Source: Mytilus trossulus
Lineage: Eukaryota
Assembly (NCBI RefSeq): GCF_036588685.1
Contig: NC_086378.1
Coordinates: forward strand, 17,670,001-17,734,000
Length of the DNA stretch: 64,000 bases
Reading direction: 5' to 3'
The translations under genes and the position numbers were made by a program. A model generated the notes under the pieces. It was not told the origin of the DNA. It was given only the letters and a program-made list of their open reading frames with translations, and did not search any database. This document shows, piece by piece, positions 52,785 to 64,000 of this stretch (its first letter is position 1; each line of letters starts with the position of its first letter).

Positions 52785-54063
52785 ATCTAGAAGTGGCGTG
52801 AAAAAGATGTGGATACTTAAAAATTCCAAGGATCTTTTAGAGTACATACAATCTAGCTCTTTTTCATCTTGTAACAGTATTTAATCATTTGACTTATCTA
52901 CTCTTTACACAAGTATTCCACATTCCAAACTAAAGGACAAATTGAAAGAGTTGGTATTACTTTGCCTCATAAAAAAGATTGGCCATAGAAGTTACAAGTA
53001 TCTTGTCTTAGGGAGGGATAAATCCTACTTTGTAAAGAATCGCTCTGATTCAAACAAAATATTCTCTGACACCGATATTATCAAGATACTTTATTTCTTG
53101 ATTGACAACATATTTGTTACGTTCGGAAGACGTGTTTTTCAACAGACTGTCGACATCCCAATGGGAATAAACTGTGCCCCTCAATTTGCCGACTTGTTTC
53201 TTTATTATTATGAGGCTGACTTCATGCAAACTCTTCCTCGGAAGAAAGATAAAAAGTTAGCAATATCCTTTAACTATACTTTCCGCTATATAGATGACAT
53301 TCTTTCACTAAACAATTCAAAATTTGGTGACTATGTGGAACGCATATATCCAATCGAATTGGAGATAAAGGATACTACAGAACAGTTAAGTCGGCTTCAT
53401 ATCTTGACTTGCATCTAGAAATTGAAAATGAGGGTTGGTTGAAAACAAAACTTTACGACAAAAGAGATGATTTCAGCTTTTCAATTGTGAACTTTCCATT
53501 TCTAAGTAGCAACATTCCAGCAGCACCTGCATGCGGGGTATATATCTCCCAATTGATACGATATTCCCGTGCTTGCATTTCCTATCATGATTGCCTTGAT
53601 AGAGGGTTACAGCTCACAAGTAAACTATTAAACCAAGAGTTCCAAATGGTGAAGTTGTTATCATCCCTTCGTTAATTTTACGGACGCCATCACGAGTTGG
53701 TTGACCGTTATGGAATAACCGTTTCACAAATGATATCGGATATGTTCCTTACGTCGTAACTACAATCCCCTTCCCTTTTATGAATGTGACCTACCGAATT
53801 AGACTATTTAGCGGATTTGTAATCACATAAGCAACACGAAGGGTGCCACATGTGGAGCAGGATCTGCTTACCCTTCTGGAGCATCTGAGATCACCCTAGT
53901 TTTTGGTTGGGTTCGTGTTGTTTACTCTATAGTTTTCTATTTTGTGGCATGTGTGCTATTGTTTTTCTGTTTGTCTTTTTCATTTTTGGCCATGGCGTTA
54001 AAAGTCAGTTTGTTTAAGATTTATGAGTTTGACTGTCCCTTTGGTATCTTTCGTCCCTCTTTT
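52785..54063 (+). mobile_element. Penelope-like element: RT (frameshift near 53380, stops) plus structured 3' tail
   Basis: MWILKNS, FDLSTLYTSIPH, PMG.NCAP..ADLFLY, FRYIDD, YDKRDDF, GVYISQLIRYSR. Confidence 0.88.
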
Positions 54064-54330
54064 GGAGCTCTATGCTCTTCATTTTTTTTTACTTGTTTTG
54101 GCTCTTGAACTTTACATCTAAGCGTCACATTTTAATGTTGTGTTTCCGTTGTGTTCCAGTTCTCCTCTTATATTTGATGAGTTTCCCTCTGTTCTAGTTT
54201 GTAACCCGCATTTGTTTTTTTTCTCAATCGATTTAAATTGCGAACAGCGGTATACAACGTTTGTCTCTATTAACATTGGTATTACTTAGTTTTTCCAATT
54301 GAAATGTCTGTTCATGCAAACCAGGTTTAA

Positions 54331-54583
54331 AATATTGAAAACAACACTTTAATAATTTCTTGCGTCCGAAGCGCTTTTCTGGATATACCTTCATCAGGAA
54401 CGCTCAAAGCCAAACATTTGAAATCCGAAGATGTATAAGTACCGAAACTGTTGAAGAGCTGTATGTCAAAAAATACCTAAAATAATTAGCCAAATTCATC
54501 TTAAGCCAACTTTGCCTGAGGGAGTTAAAACCTTAGTTTCTTAATAATCTATAAATTTATAAACGGACAATTTTAGTAAAGTT
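54331..54583 (-). repeat. Solo partial copy of the 350-bp hammerhead repeat
   Basis: Near-identical to the first 250 bp of the 58751 unit; hammerhead core at 54362-54403. Confidence 0.9.
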
Positions 54584-55769
54584 AAAACTTATAATATCTT
54601 TATCGTAGCATGCCTTGTACATTAATTATTGCCGCAGTAATTTTTACCTCAAAGTTTGTGATTAGGTTTCCATCGCCTATTTTAATATTTTCAGGTGTTG
54701 GTTAACCTATAGCTAAGGGATGAATTGGTTTTAGCTCTAACTCTTCTCTTAAGTCACGTAGGATTACTGTGCATTTGGAACATGTGTACTTTCTGCTTGT
54801 AGTTGTTAGCGTGTAAAGCCAGTATATGGACAATTCTGTTTATATGTTATGAGTCCAAGAATTATAAATATTACAAATAGTCATGAACTTATTGGACGGA
54901 ATTGAGAACATAGCAGTGCAATTAACTTTTTTTTATATCTTGTAACGTGACATTGTCAATTTTGCGTTTACCATTCAGGCTCTCATCATGCTGTAGTTTG
55001 CGTTTCTTCATTATTTGGGTCACCTTGTACTGATGTATCTTCAAAATTTTATATTTGATCTTTGTGTCTGCAAGTTTCTGGTCTTTAATTTGAGTTTTAG
55101 ACACGTACTGATTTTTGCAACAATTCCCCCTACCCCACCCCCTAAAAAATGTAAAACTAACATTATAAATTTTTAGTTCCTGCTTCAGAAAAATTACAAA
55201 ACCAAGACGCAACTATTTGTACACGTCTGCATTTAAGAGAGTTCGAGTGCTGCCATTGATCAATAATGATGTTGTTTGAATCGGCGTTACTTTAATATTC
55301 CAGTACATGACGCATCATTATAATCACAAGTGTTGGTTTAATCTGCAAAGGGTGGAGAGCAAAGGCTGTGATGGTTACCCTTGGCTAGCGAAGATGAGAA
55401 AAGTTACTCTTTGTAAATATACACACGGAAAAAGTATTGCCTGGATTTTTTAAAACTTGAAAAATCAGTCTCTTGTTTTGGAAGGAATATGATAAAATAT
55501 TTGTAAAATAATATTGAAAGTAGTTCAAATTCGGGCTACGATTGGGCCACGGAAGATACACCGAATTCCATTGGAACAATGGATCTCCCCCACGACAATA
55601 ATTTCCAACTTTGGCGAGCTCTGCACTATATTGGATACGGGCATCTGTGTTTCTGTTCTTAGGCAAAGGTCACCGAAATGGTATTATCGCACGATAACCA
55701 GTAGCGATGAGCCGATCTCGAACAGTTCTTGTTTAAAGGCTCCTGTATGGTCATCATTCTCCTTTTAGT

Positions 55770-56270
55770 AGATATAGGAAGATGTGGTGTGAGTGCCAAT
55801 GAGACAACTCTCCTTCCAAATAACAATTTAAAAATTAAACCATTATGGGTTAAAGTACGACCTTCAACACGGAGCCTTGGCTCACACCGAACAACAAGCT
55901 ATAAAGGGCCCCAAAATTACTAGTGTAAAACCATTCAAACGGGAAAACCAACGGTCTTATCTATATAAACAAAACGAGAAACTAGAAACACGTATATATT
56001 ACATAAACAAACGACAACTACTGTACATCAGATTCCTGACTTAGGACAGGTGCAAACATTTGCAGCGGGATTAAACGTTTTAATGGATCCAAACCTTCTC
56101 CCTTTTTCTGAAACAATAGCATAACATCACAACATAGAAAAACATACGATAAAATATCAATTGGCAGACTTAACTCAATCTAAAAACGTATGATTACACA
56201 ATGAACGAATAAATTTGATCTGCGATATCTGAATACAAATGCACAGTTAATTAAATATTAGAGACAAACA
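55770..56270 (-). mobile_element. Twister-bearing dispersed repeat, subfamily 3
   Basis: Same layout as subfamily 1 but divergent; short terminal copy at about 15572-15645. Confidence 0.8.
56018..56119 (-). ncRNA. Twister ribozyme, type P5 (subfamily 3)
   Basis: TCAGA..GGGA-GA-AGG ... T^AA-TCC-CGCT-[GCAAA tg TTTGC]-A-CCTG-TCCT-AAGT-CAGG-aa-TCTGA; predicted cut 56073/56072. Confidence 0.82.
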
Positions 56271-57289
56271 TTTTTAGGTTTGTATTGTTTGCAATGGGTT
56301 TTCTTCTGACCAACCTTCATTATTCTTTATTTTCCCTAGCAGATGTTATAGGGGGTCTTCTTGACCTCGGAAGGTCTTTCACATCGTTTCTTGCCTGATT
56401 TTATTTTCAAAACGACTTATAGAGGAATGGTGATAACCAACAATACGTGCTATGATCACAGCGACATACCTACTTCCCTCATGCTGTATATCTGCGATCT
56501 TGCTGCAGTTATGAGTTGTGGATGATCAATTACAAGGTGTCAATATTATAAATTTATCAACTTGGTTATTTTAAGTGTTGAAAACAATGAGGATAAAAAA
56601 ATCTTTTTTTAGTGTGTACATGTACAGTAGCTGTATGTGCAGATAAGAACTGATAGAGTCGATATTTATTGATTAAACTCGGGTGATAATAAAATAATTT
56701 TTTTAATTTGAATTTCAATTTGGTGTTTTTCCATGTGTATATATACTTTATGTTATCTGCCTTTGTGTGGACATGAAATATAATTGATATGTAATTTTTC
56801 TTGTAGTTTACTGTTGCTAAAGTATTGTAATCTTTAAAATACGATGGTTTTTTAACACATGTTAAAAATTACCTGAGCATAACTTTTCTAAACTTAACTT
56901 TTCGGTAATAATGCTCTTCAACTATGTTTTGATTTTTATATTCAGCTTTTTAAATTTTAGTTCCACTGGTACATCTTATGTAGACAAAACGGCTCAATAA
57001 TTATAAGACTGGATTCTCTGATGAGTTTGTTTTTTTAATACACAAGAACAAAATGTACAGTTAATATGAATAAAATAATAAACTACAAAAATATGATAGG
57101 CTTTAAAAATATCCAAATACAAAAAAACATGCGTCTCAGCTCACAAGTTACATTTAAGAAGTATACAATTGACTCTCGTTATCTCGAAGTATGTCTGGCC
57201 ACAAAAGAATTTCGAGATACCAGTAGTTCAACTGGTCCTTTTGAAAAGGTTTTTGGAGTCATTTGCCGACAATTTACAGAATTCTGCAA

Positions 57290-57564
57290 TCAAGAATGTT
57301 TAATCTTCATTGTGACAGATTTCATACCTTCGTTTGAAAATGTCCATGGATACCAGTAGACACTTTCTTCTTCAATTCCACCATTGTACTTTCCATTTGG
57401 ATTGACAAAGGTGCACCGATAATTAGTCCATGCTTCTTTAGCATACCACCATCCAGCTTTCATATAGTAAGTGCATTGCCCACCGGACCAGTTGTCATTA
57501 TCACGATCTTTGGTTGAAAATGGTTGACCGGATAATTGAGAGAAGATGTCCATCACGGCATCCC
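57290..57564 (-). CDS. FReD gene 2, last exon
   Basis: GDAV...FSTKDRDND...C...AGWWY...C..VNPNGKY...MKIKHS stop; same intron position as gene 1. Confidence 0.92.
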
Positions 57565-58750
57565 CTAAGTTTTATTAAATAGAATAAAAATATTAGTCTT
57601 GGAACTTTAATCTTGGTTTTGCAGAGTATCTGGTAGAATGATAAAACTATAGTAGACACTAACAGATGGCAAAATAATAAACAAAAACAGACAATCAGAT
57701 TTTGGTTAAAGTGAAAAAGAATAAAAGCAAGAAAAAAGTTATCCAGACATAAGATTCAGTGTAACAAAATCAATCTAAAATTACGAATGAGTAAATGGAA
57801 TTTGAAAGAATATGAAGTTTTTTTCCATAGATCAATCAGCTGTATTAATTATTCTAGTAGATAACTTCTAGAACTAGAAATGTTTGCAGGGTCATAATCC
57901 GTCTCCTTAACAATCAAACATATCCGTAATTTTATCTTGACTCATCAATGCTTCCCTTCCTTTCACTTTGTATTTTATTTGGCTTTTTTTACATTTTTGA
58001 TTCGAGTATCACTGATGTGTACTTCGAACACAAAGTTATACGGAAATTCTGGTATATATGATGAGATTGTATAAATCTAATAAAATTGAGAATGGATATG
58101 GGGAAAATGTCAAAGAGGCAACAGTTCAGTGAACATTGACGTCATACTAAACTCCAAAACATATAACTGAACTCAAACGAAGAAAAACTACAAGAGTAAC
58201 AAAGACAAGAAGCTCTTGACTTGGGAAAGGCGCAAAAATCCCGTGGGGTTAAACATGTTTTGGAGATCTCCCCCCCCCCAGTAAACCTCTAGCAAATGTA
58301 CAATAAAGAAACCCATATCAATAGAGGTTTCCTGAACTGGTATGTATCAGGTGCAATTGGTATGTAACACAACCTTGCATGCTGTTATTGAGGTGTCGTT
58401 TAAAATATGTTATTATTGTATTCATCAATATGAAATTTAAAAAATCGAATTGCATATTTGTGATAAAAACCTTAATCTTTTATTTATTTACGATTTCACT
58501 GCTTCTAGAACACTTTGTTTGTGTTTTATACAATAATATTTATTGTATGCACAAGGAGAATGAACCAAACAGTCCTTACTGGTATTGAGTTGTTTGGACT
58601 TTTAGATTCTGAATATAGGTTTTGCGTTTCTGTATATCTTGGTGATTTTTTTTTTTTTTTTTGTGTATTTTCAGAAAATAAAATAGAATAAAGAATTTGT
58701 TCTGATATTTGAATAGAATTTGGAATAATAAGAAAATATATATTCATAAT

Positions 58751-60177
58751 ATATTAAAAACAACACGTTTAAAATTTCTTGCGTCCGAAGCGCTTTTCTT
58801 GATTTACCTTCATCAGGAACGCTCAAAGCCAAGCATTTGAAATCCGAAGATGTATAAGTACCGAAACCGTTGAAGAGCTGTATGTCAAAAAATACATAAA
58901 ATAAATAGACAATTTCATCTAAAGCCAACTTTGCCTGAGAGAGTTGAAACCTTAGTTTCTTAATAATTTATAAATTTATAAACGGACAATTTTAGTAAAG
59001 TTTGTTAAATCATGGCAGTACCGAAATACTGACTACCGAGCTGATGATACCCTCGGGGACTGATAGTCCACCAGCAGAGGTATCGACCCAGTGATGTAAA
59101 ATATTAAAAACAACACGTTAAAAATTTCTTGCGTCCGAAGCGCTTTTCTGGATTTACCTTCATCAGGAACGCTCAAAGCCAAACATTTGAAATCCGAAGA
59201 TGTATAAGTACCGAAACCGTTGAAGAGCTGTATGTCAAAAAATACCTAAAATAAATAGCCAATTTCATCTAAAGCCAACTTTGCCTGAGAGAGTTGAAAC
59301 CTTAGTTTCTTAATAATTTATAAATTTATAAACGGACAATTTTAGTAAAGTTTGTTAAAGCATGTCAGTACCGAAATACTGACTACCGAGCTGATGATAC
59401 CCTCGGGGACTGATAGTCCACCAGCAGAGGTATCCATCCAGTGATGTAAAATATTAAAAACAACACGTTAAAAATTTCTTGCGTCCGAAGCGCTTTCCTG
59501 GATTTACCTTCATCAGGAACGCTCAAAGCCAAACATTTGAAATCCGAAGATGTATAAGTACCGAAACCGTTGAAGAGCTGTATGTCAAAAAATACCTCAA
59601 ATAAATAGCCAATTTCATCTAAAGCCAACTTTGCCTGAGGGAGTTGAAACCTTAGTTTCTTAATAATTTATAAATTTATAAACGGACAATTTTAGTAAAG
59701 TTTGTTAAATCATGTCAGTACCGAAATACTGACTACCGAGCTGATGATACCCTCGGGGACTGATAGTCCACCAGCAGAGTTATCGACCCAGTGATGTAAA
59801 ATATCAAAAACAACACGTTAAAAATTTCTTGCGTCCGAAGCGCTTTTCTGGATTTACCTTCATCAGGAACGCTCAAAGCCAAGCATTTGAAATCCGAAGA
59901 TGTATAAGTACCGAAACCGTTGAAGAGCTGTATGTCAAAAAATACCTAAAATAAATAGCCAATTTCATCTAAAGCCAACTTTGCCTGAGAGAGTTTAAAC
60001 CTTAGTTTCTTAATAATTTATAAATTTATAAACGGACAATTTTAGTAAAGTTTGTTAAATTATGTCAGTACCGAAATACTGACTACCGAGCTGATGATAC
60101 CCTCGGGGACTGATAGTCCACCAGCAGAGGTATCGACCCAGTGATGTAAAATATTAAAAACAACACGTTAAAAATTT
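58751..60177 (-). repeat. Tandem array of 4 x 350 bp (plus about 27 bp), retrozyme-like
   Basis: Units start at 58751, 59101, 59451, 59801 and 60151; only a few substitutions between units. Confidence 0.95.
59131..59172 (-). ncRNA. Type I hammerhead ribozyme variant (also 59831-59872 and 54362-54403; mutated at 58781 and 59481)
   Basis: GCGUUC-CUGAUGA-A-GG-UAAAU-CC-A-GAAA-A-GCGC-U-UC^-GGACGC: 6-bp stem I, palindromic AAGCGCUU stem III. Confidence 0.75.
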
Positions 60178-61309
60178 ACTTTCGTAGTCGATTCTTAATT
60201 ACTTAGATGATATAATCTACCAAGGATACGTGAAAATGGCAAAATTACGTTCAAAATCGTGTTGGTTTCTCTTTAAAATCAATTGTTATTAACATATTCA
60301 TCTTTTCTATCATTGAAGCAACATTTTGTCTAAAACGCAACACATTGTTAAAATATCCTTTTCCTTATATTTTGTAACTGGACATTTCGGTTTATGTAAT
60401 CATTATAAAAAATGATGCTTATATAACTTATAGAACGAACATTTAACTTCAAAGAGGGTATAGATTTAAAAAAAAAAAATATTCTGATCCCCATTGTGAT
60501 GAAGAAAAAAATTCTGTGGAAACAGAGGACAAAACAAATATTATGAACACAAATTTCCCCCTTTCCTTATAGAGTTACATTTTGAAATAAATCACATGTT
60601 TGGTACAGGGAACAGTATATATGGGTGCTGGGAACGGTATATCAAAATATGTTCCTGTATGGTAGCAGTGAAATATGATATAACATTTCTGACTTAAACC
60701 ATATCACAACCAACCCCCTCGCTTTTTGAAGTTAAATGTATAATGAATATACGTATTATGACACTGACGAAAACCATTTCTAGAGTCAAAATATTTATCA
60801 GTACATTATGAGTGAATATAGAAGCGAGTAAATTTGTATACTGTACGAGCTGGAGAGTAGTATATATATAATTACAAGGTTTAATGTTAACCAATATCCA
60901 TCCATCAATCCTTTTGTCGTACTGCGATGCTAGAAAAACTGTTTACATCACTGCGTTTGTTTTAACTGATTACGCCAATAACATGACGCTATATTTGCAC
61001 TAATTTAATTTGAAAATGTCTTTCGATTTTTTTATTGTTCTACGTTAAATACTTTTAGTTTTTTTTACTTTTGTTAATAAATTTAATTCCTTCTTAAAAT
61101 ATATCTTATGTGTTTATATTTTCCAAAAACCTATCAAAAATATAAACTAAACTGAATCGTTTTATACCATTATAAAGTTATTACAAAAAAAATTACAAAG
61201 TTTTCTTGTTATTTACTTTTTACTGTCAACCTTTCGTGCCAACGGTTGTTTGAAAGCATAATCGAATACACGCAATATTGTGTATTAGAAAAATATGTTT
61301 ATTTCCGAT

Positions 61310-61560
61310 TCAAAGATCCTAAAAGTGAATCAACATTAATGTAAAAAATGCCATCCTTAATGGCCAGAAAACAGAATTGTACCCATATCCCATATGAATA
61401 AGTTTGTTTAAAGGTTTAGTTAGATTTTGAGGAAAATACCGACATTTTTGTGCTTTGGAAATGATATTACCATTAAAGATTGGATGTGAAATACCTGAAC
61501 GTATAAGATGTCTCCATGCTGATTTATATTTACGAATGATACAAATTATATGGAATTTTA
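61310..61560 (-). mobile_element. Penelope-like RT extreme C-terminal fragment
   Basis: RHLIRSGISHPIFNGNI...PLNKLI..GY matches the end of the 19200-19979 ORF. Confidence 0.7.
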
Positions 61561-62419
61561 TATAACTAAAAAACAACAACAATGAGATACAGGCAGTCGT
61601 TCTAAGCAGCTGTTTAAGTGTGTCCTATTTGCCACGGAATAACTTTAACGTGGCGTATCATCTCAAAACACGACCTGGTATTGCCTGAACGATTATAAAC
61701 AATCTCGCAATACCTGGTTTATTGGTTAATCAAAATGTAACTTCAGGAATAATGTTTTCTTAATGCGATTTTAAGTCAATAACTTAAAAAAGAGCATTAT
61801 TGAAGACCTCATGAGTATAGGACCATCGGTTTAATAGTAAAATCTGATTTTGTCTTTTTATAAAGCTAAAATAGGGGTATGCCTCTTACAAGAAGGTCAA
61901 ATCTCCTCGGTCAAAATGTACAGAAGTTGCACCTTAATGACCCAAACATTTACCACAAATCAAGTCAAAGGTCAAGGTCAACATATAAATCTGAGTTAAG
62001 ATTACAAGCAATATACAAAACTTTGAACATGACCTTGACCTTTGACGTTAATCTCAATTTCATCCAAATGGACCATGGACTCTATGCCAAACGACTAAAT
62101 GCCCATGTGGCTTTTACTGTAGGAATCTATTCAACATATCACCTATGTTAAATTTTCAAAGGGAAATAACTCCAATAAGATGTCATCCAATAACATCAGT
62201 TAAATTTAACCAAAACAGTTTGTTGAAAAGATAACAAGAAAAAGGGAACACGTGGAGATAACTCCTATAAGAAAAGGTGTTTAGTTACACAGGTTGTGTT
62301 TTGACGTTCCCATCACTGTATATCAACCGAGCCAAAAATCCTATCGATATGTTGTAAAACAAAAAGCAGCTGAAGAAAAATTTTTTAAATGTGAAAAAAA
62401 CTATCAGAACAAAAGTAAA

Positions 62420-62780
62420 AGGTCTTTCCACGAAAAGTGGAAAGACCTAATAATCAAAACAAGTTTAGAAAAGATCCTCTCACAGAAAAGTGGAAAGACT
62501 TACTAAATAAAACAGAGGCAAAATGTATGCACGAAATTTGGAAAGACTTAAACATCAGAAGAAGCAAGAGGTAACATCGAAAAGTTGAAAGACCTAATAA
62601 TAATAAATTGAAGAAATACAGTAAGGTTTCTCCTTTTGGAAAAGGAATGACCTTTATGATAATAATAATCGGAAGAAATACAGTAAGGTCTTTCTCTTTT
62701 GGAACAGGGAAGACCTTAATAATAATTATCAGAAGAAATATAGTTAGGACTTTCCCTTTTGGAAAACTAATAACCTTCAA
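62420..62780. repeat. Array of about 7 degenerate palindromic units, 50-60 bp period
   Basis: aggtctttccac-gaaaa-gtggaaagacct and variants separated by aataat...agaagaaata linkers. Confidence 0.7.
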
Positions 62781-62867
62781 CATAAAAATTAAAAACAATT
62801 GTGTCCCTTATACGCTTCAGTAATATTTGGTCCAACAAATATGGCATGCTCTTCCTTGTAAGCTTAC

Positions 62868-63032
62868 CAGCTGTTCCTCTATACCCAGCTAATGTTAATC
62901 TATAATTGTCAGATTCGTCTGCTATTTTGAATGTCTCGTACTGAGCATAGCTCCGCTCTCCAGAACCCCTCTCTAAGTCAAATCTCAAACTATACGACTT
63001 TCCATTCAAGATATTAAAGATGTTGTCGTTAC
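62868..63032 (-). CDS. FReD gene 2, penultimate exon
   Basis: 165 nt, AG/GT bounded; GNDNIFNILNGKSYSLRFDLERGSGERSYAQYETFKIADESDNYRLTLAGYRGTA. Confidence 0.92.
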
Positions 63033-63978
63033 CTTTAGAAATAAAACAAATTGTCTTTTCAAGGTTGAGTTTTTGTACTTTTTTACTAATAATATAATGA
63101 TGTCATTGCACAGAAATCTGTTAAAGTTTAAGTGAATTTTCTTAACAACCAATTGTTTCTTACACGAAATATCTTTCCATATTTTATAACGACATACTTG
63201 TCGTAATAATGATTTATCATTTTTTTCTCTGCTATCCTGACCGATTTCTGTAAGTAAAGTATAAATATCTTAAGATTGAATAAATTATCTGTTTGATGTC
63301 AACATCTTCTTTTTTCTATTAACATAATATAAAGAAATAAATTTATTATAGGAACTAGGATTACAATTTGATTTTTGCGCCATACGCGCGTTTTATCTAT
63401 AAAAGTTTTATCAGTGACGCTCGAATCAAATTATCTTCAAATGGCAAAAATAAAGTACGCAGTTAATGAGCATTGTGGACCAGAAATTCCTTAGAGATTT
63501 GCTCAATACAGCTAATGTAATATACTCCTTAGACAGAAAATGTATAATTCTGACCATCAATGATAGTTCATGTCTACACATAGTGCGACGATGTTAGATA
63601 CTTAATCTAAACTTGTTTATGCAAATTCTGACCTGTGTTATAATTATAAGTTATTGTGTATTTATTTAGTTCAGAGTCTTAGATATAAATTCATTTTGAA
63701 TTAAAATATATTAACACAAATACGTTGTTATTGATTTGCAGATTTCGAAAACAATATGTCATTTCCCCAAAGATCACGTGATTTGGCTTCAATTGTAATG
63801 GTTCACACAATAACATTACTCCGATTTCATAAATTCACAGGAAAAAAGATTTATCAGAGACTATTTCGTTGTTTTTAGGTTCTAGTTCTTTCACGTCCTT
63901 AATTTAACCCGTCATTTTGAATCTGGTTTTAAAATGCGAAAACACAAATATCAATATGTTAGTTATACTCAAATTCAC

Positions 63979-64000
63979 CTAGCCAGTATTCTCCAGAAAC
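63979..64000 (-). CDS. FReD gene 2, end of the preceding exon (runs off the window)
   Basis: VSGEYWLG followed by a gtgaat donor, as in gene 1 exon 3. Confidence 0.85.

Noticed and set aside
59032-59096. HDV-like ribozyme, or a plus-strand hammerhead at ctgatga 59041
   Set aside because: No P1.1, P4 or catalytic-C strand; no stem II plus GAAA follows the plus-strand CTGATGA
58671-59628. Repeated 81-85 aa ORFs (MALDEI...)
   Set aside because: By-products of the non-coding 350-bp repeat; no domain signature
62420-62780. CRISPR array
   Set aside because: Eukaryotic context, degenerate repeats, linkers similar to each other, no cas genes

Overview
AT-rich (roughly one-third GC by eye), intron-containing invertebrate DNA. 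The repeat families and gene types point to a bivalve, probably a Mytilus-like mussel (inference). Three host genes lie on the minus strand. (1) A type-I membrane Ig-superfamily gene (signal, IgV, Ig, Ig, mucin stalk, TM; 16065 to 88, continuing off the left edge) whose V exon carries three in-frame TAA stops. (2) An intact 5-exon PAN/Apple plus fibrinogen-domain (FReD) gene (33497 to 26299, 321 aa). (3) The 3' part of a second FReD paralog (64000 to 57290). Mobile DNA includes a decayed Ngaro-type tyrosine-recombinase retroelement with an SGNH hydrolase ORF, a young internally deleted BEL/Pao LTR element (identical 165-bp LTRs, ACTAC TSD, tRNA-His PBS), several Penelope-like RT fragments, a LINE 3' fragment, a non-autonomous Helitron and MITEs. 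The most notable signal is structured RNA inside the non-coding repeats. Three divergent subfamilies of the commonest dispersed repeat each contain a circularly permuted (type-P5) twister ribozyme with compensatory changes in P2, P3, P5 and both pseudoknots. A 4 x 350-bp tandem array in the sense strand of a FReD intron carries a variant dimer-type hammerhead ribozyme and a separate pseudoknot (retrozyme-like). All folds were derived by eye; no activity or database check was possible.
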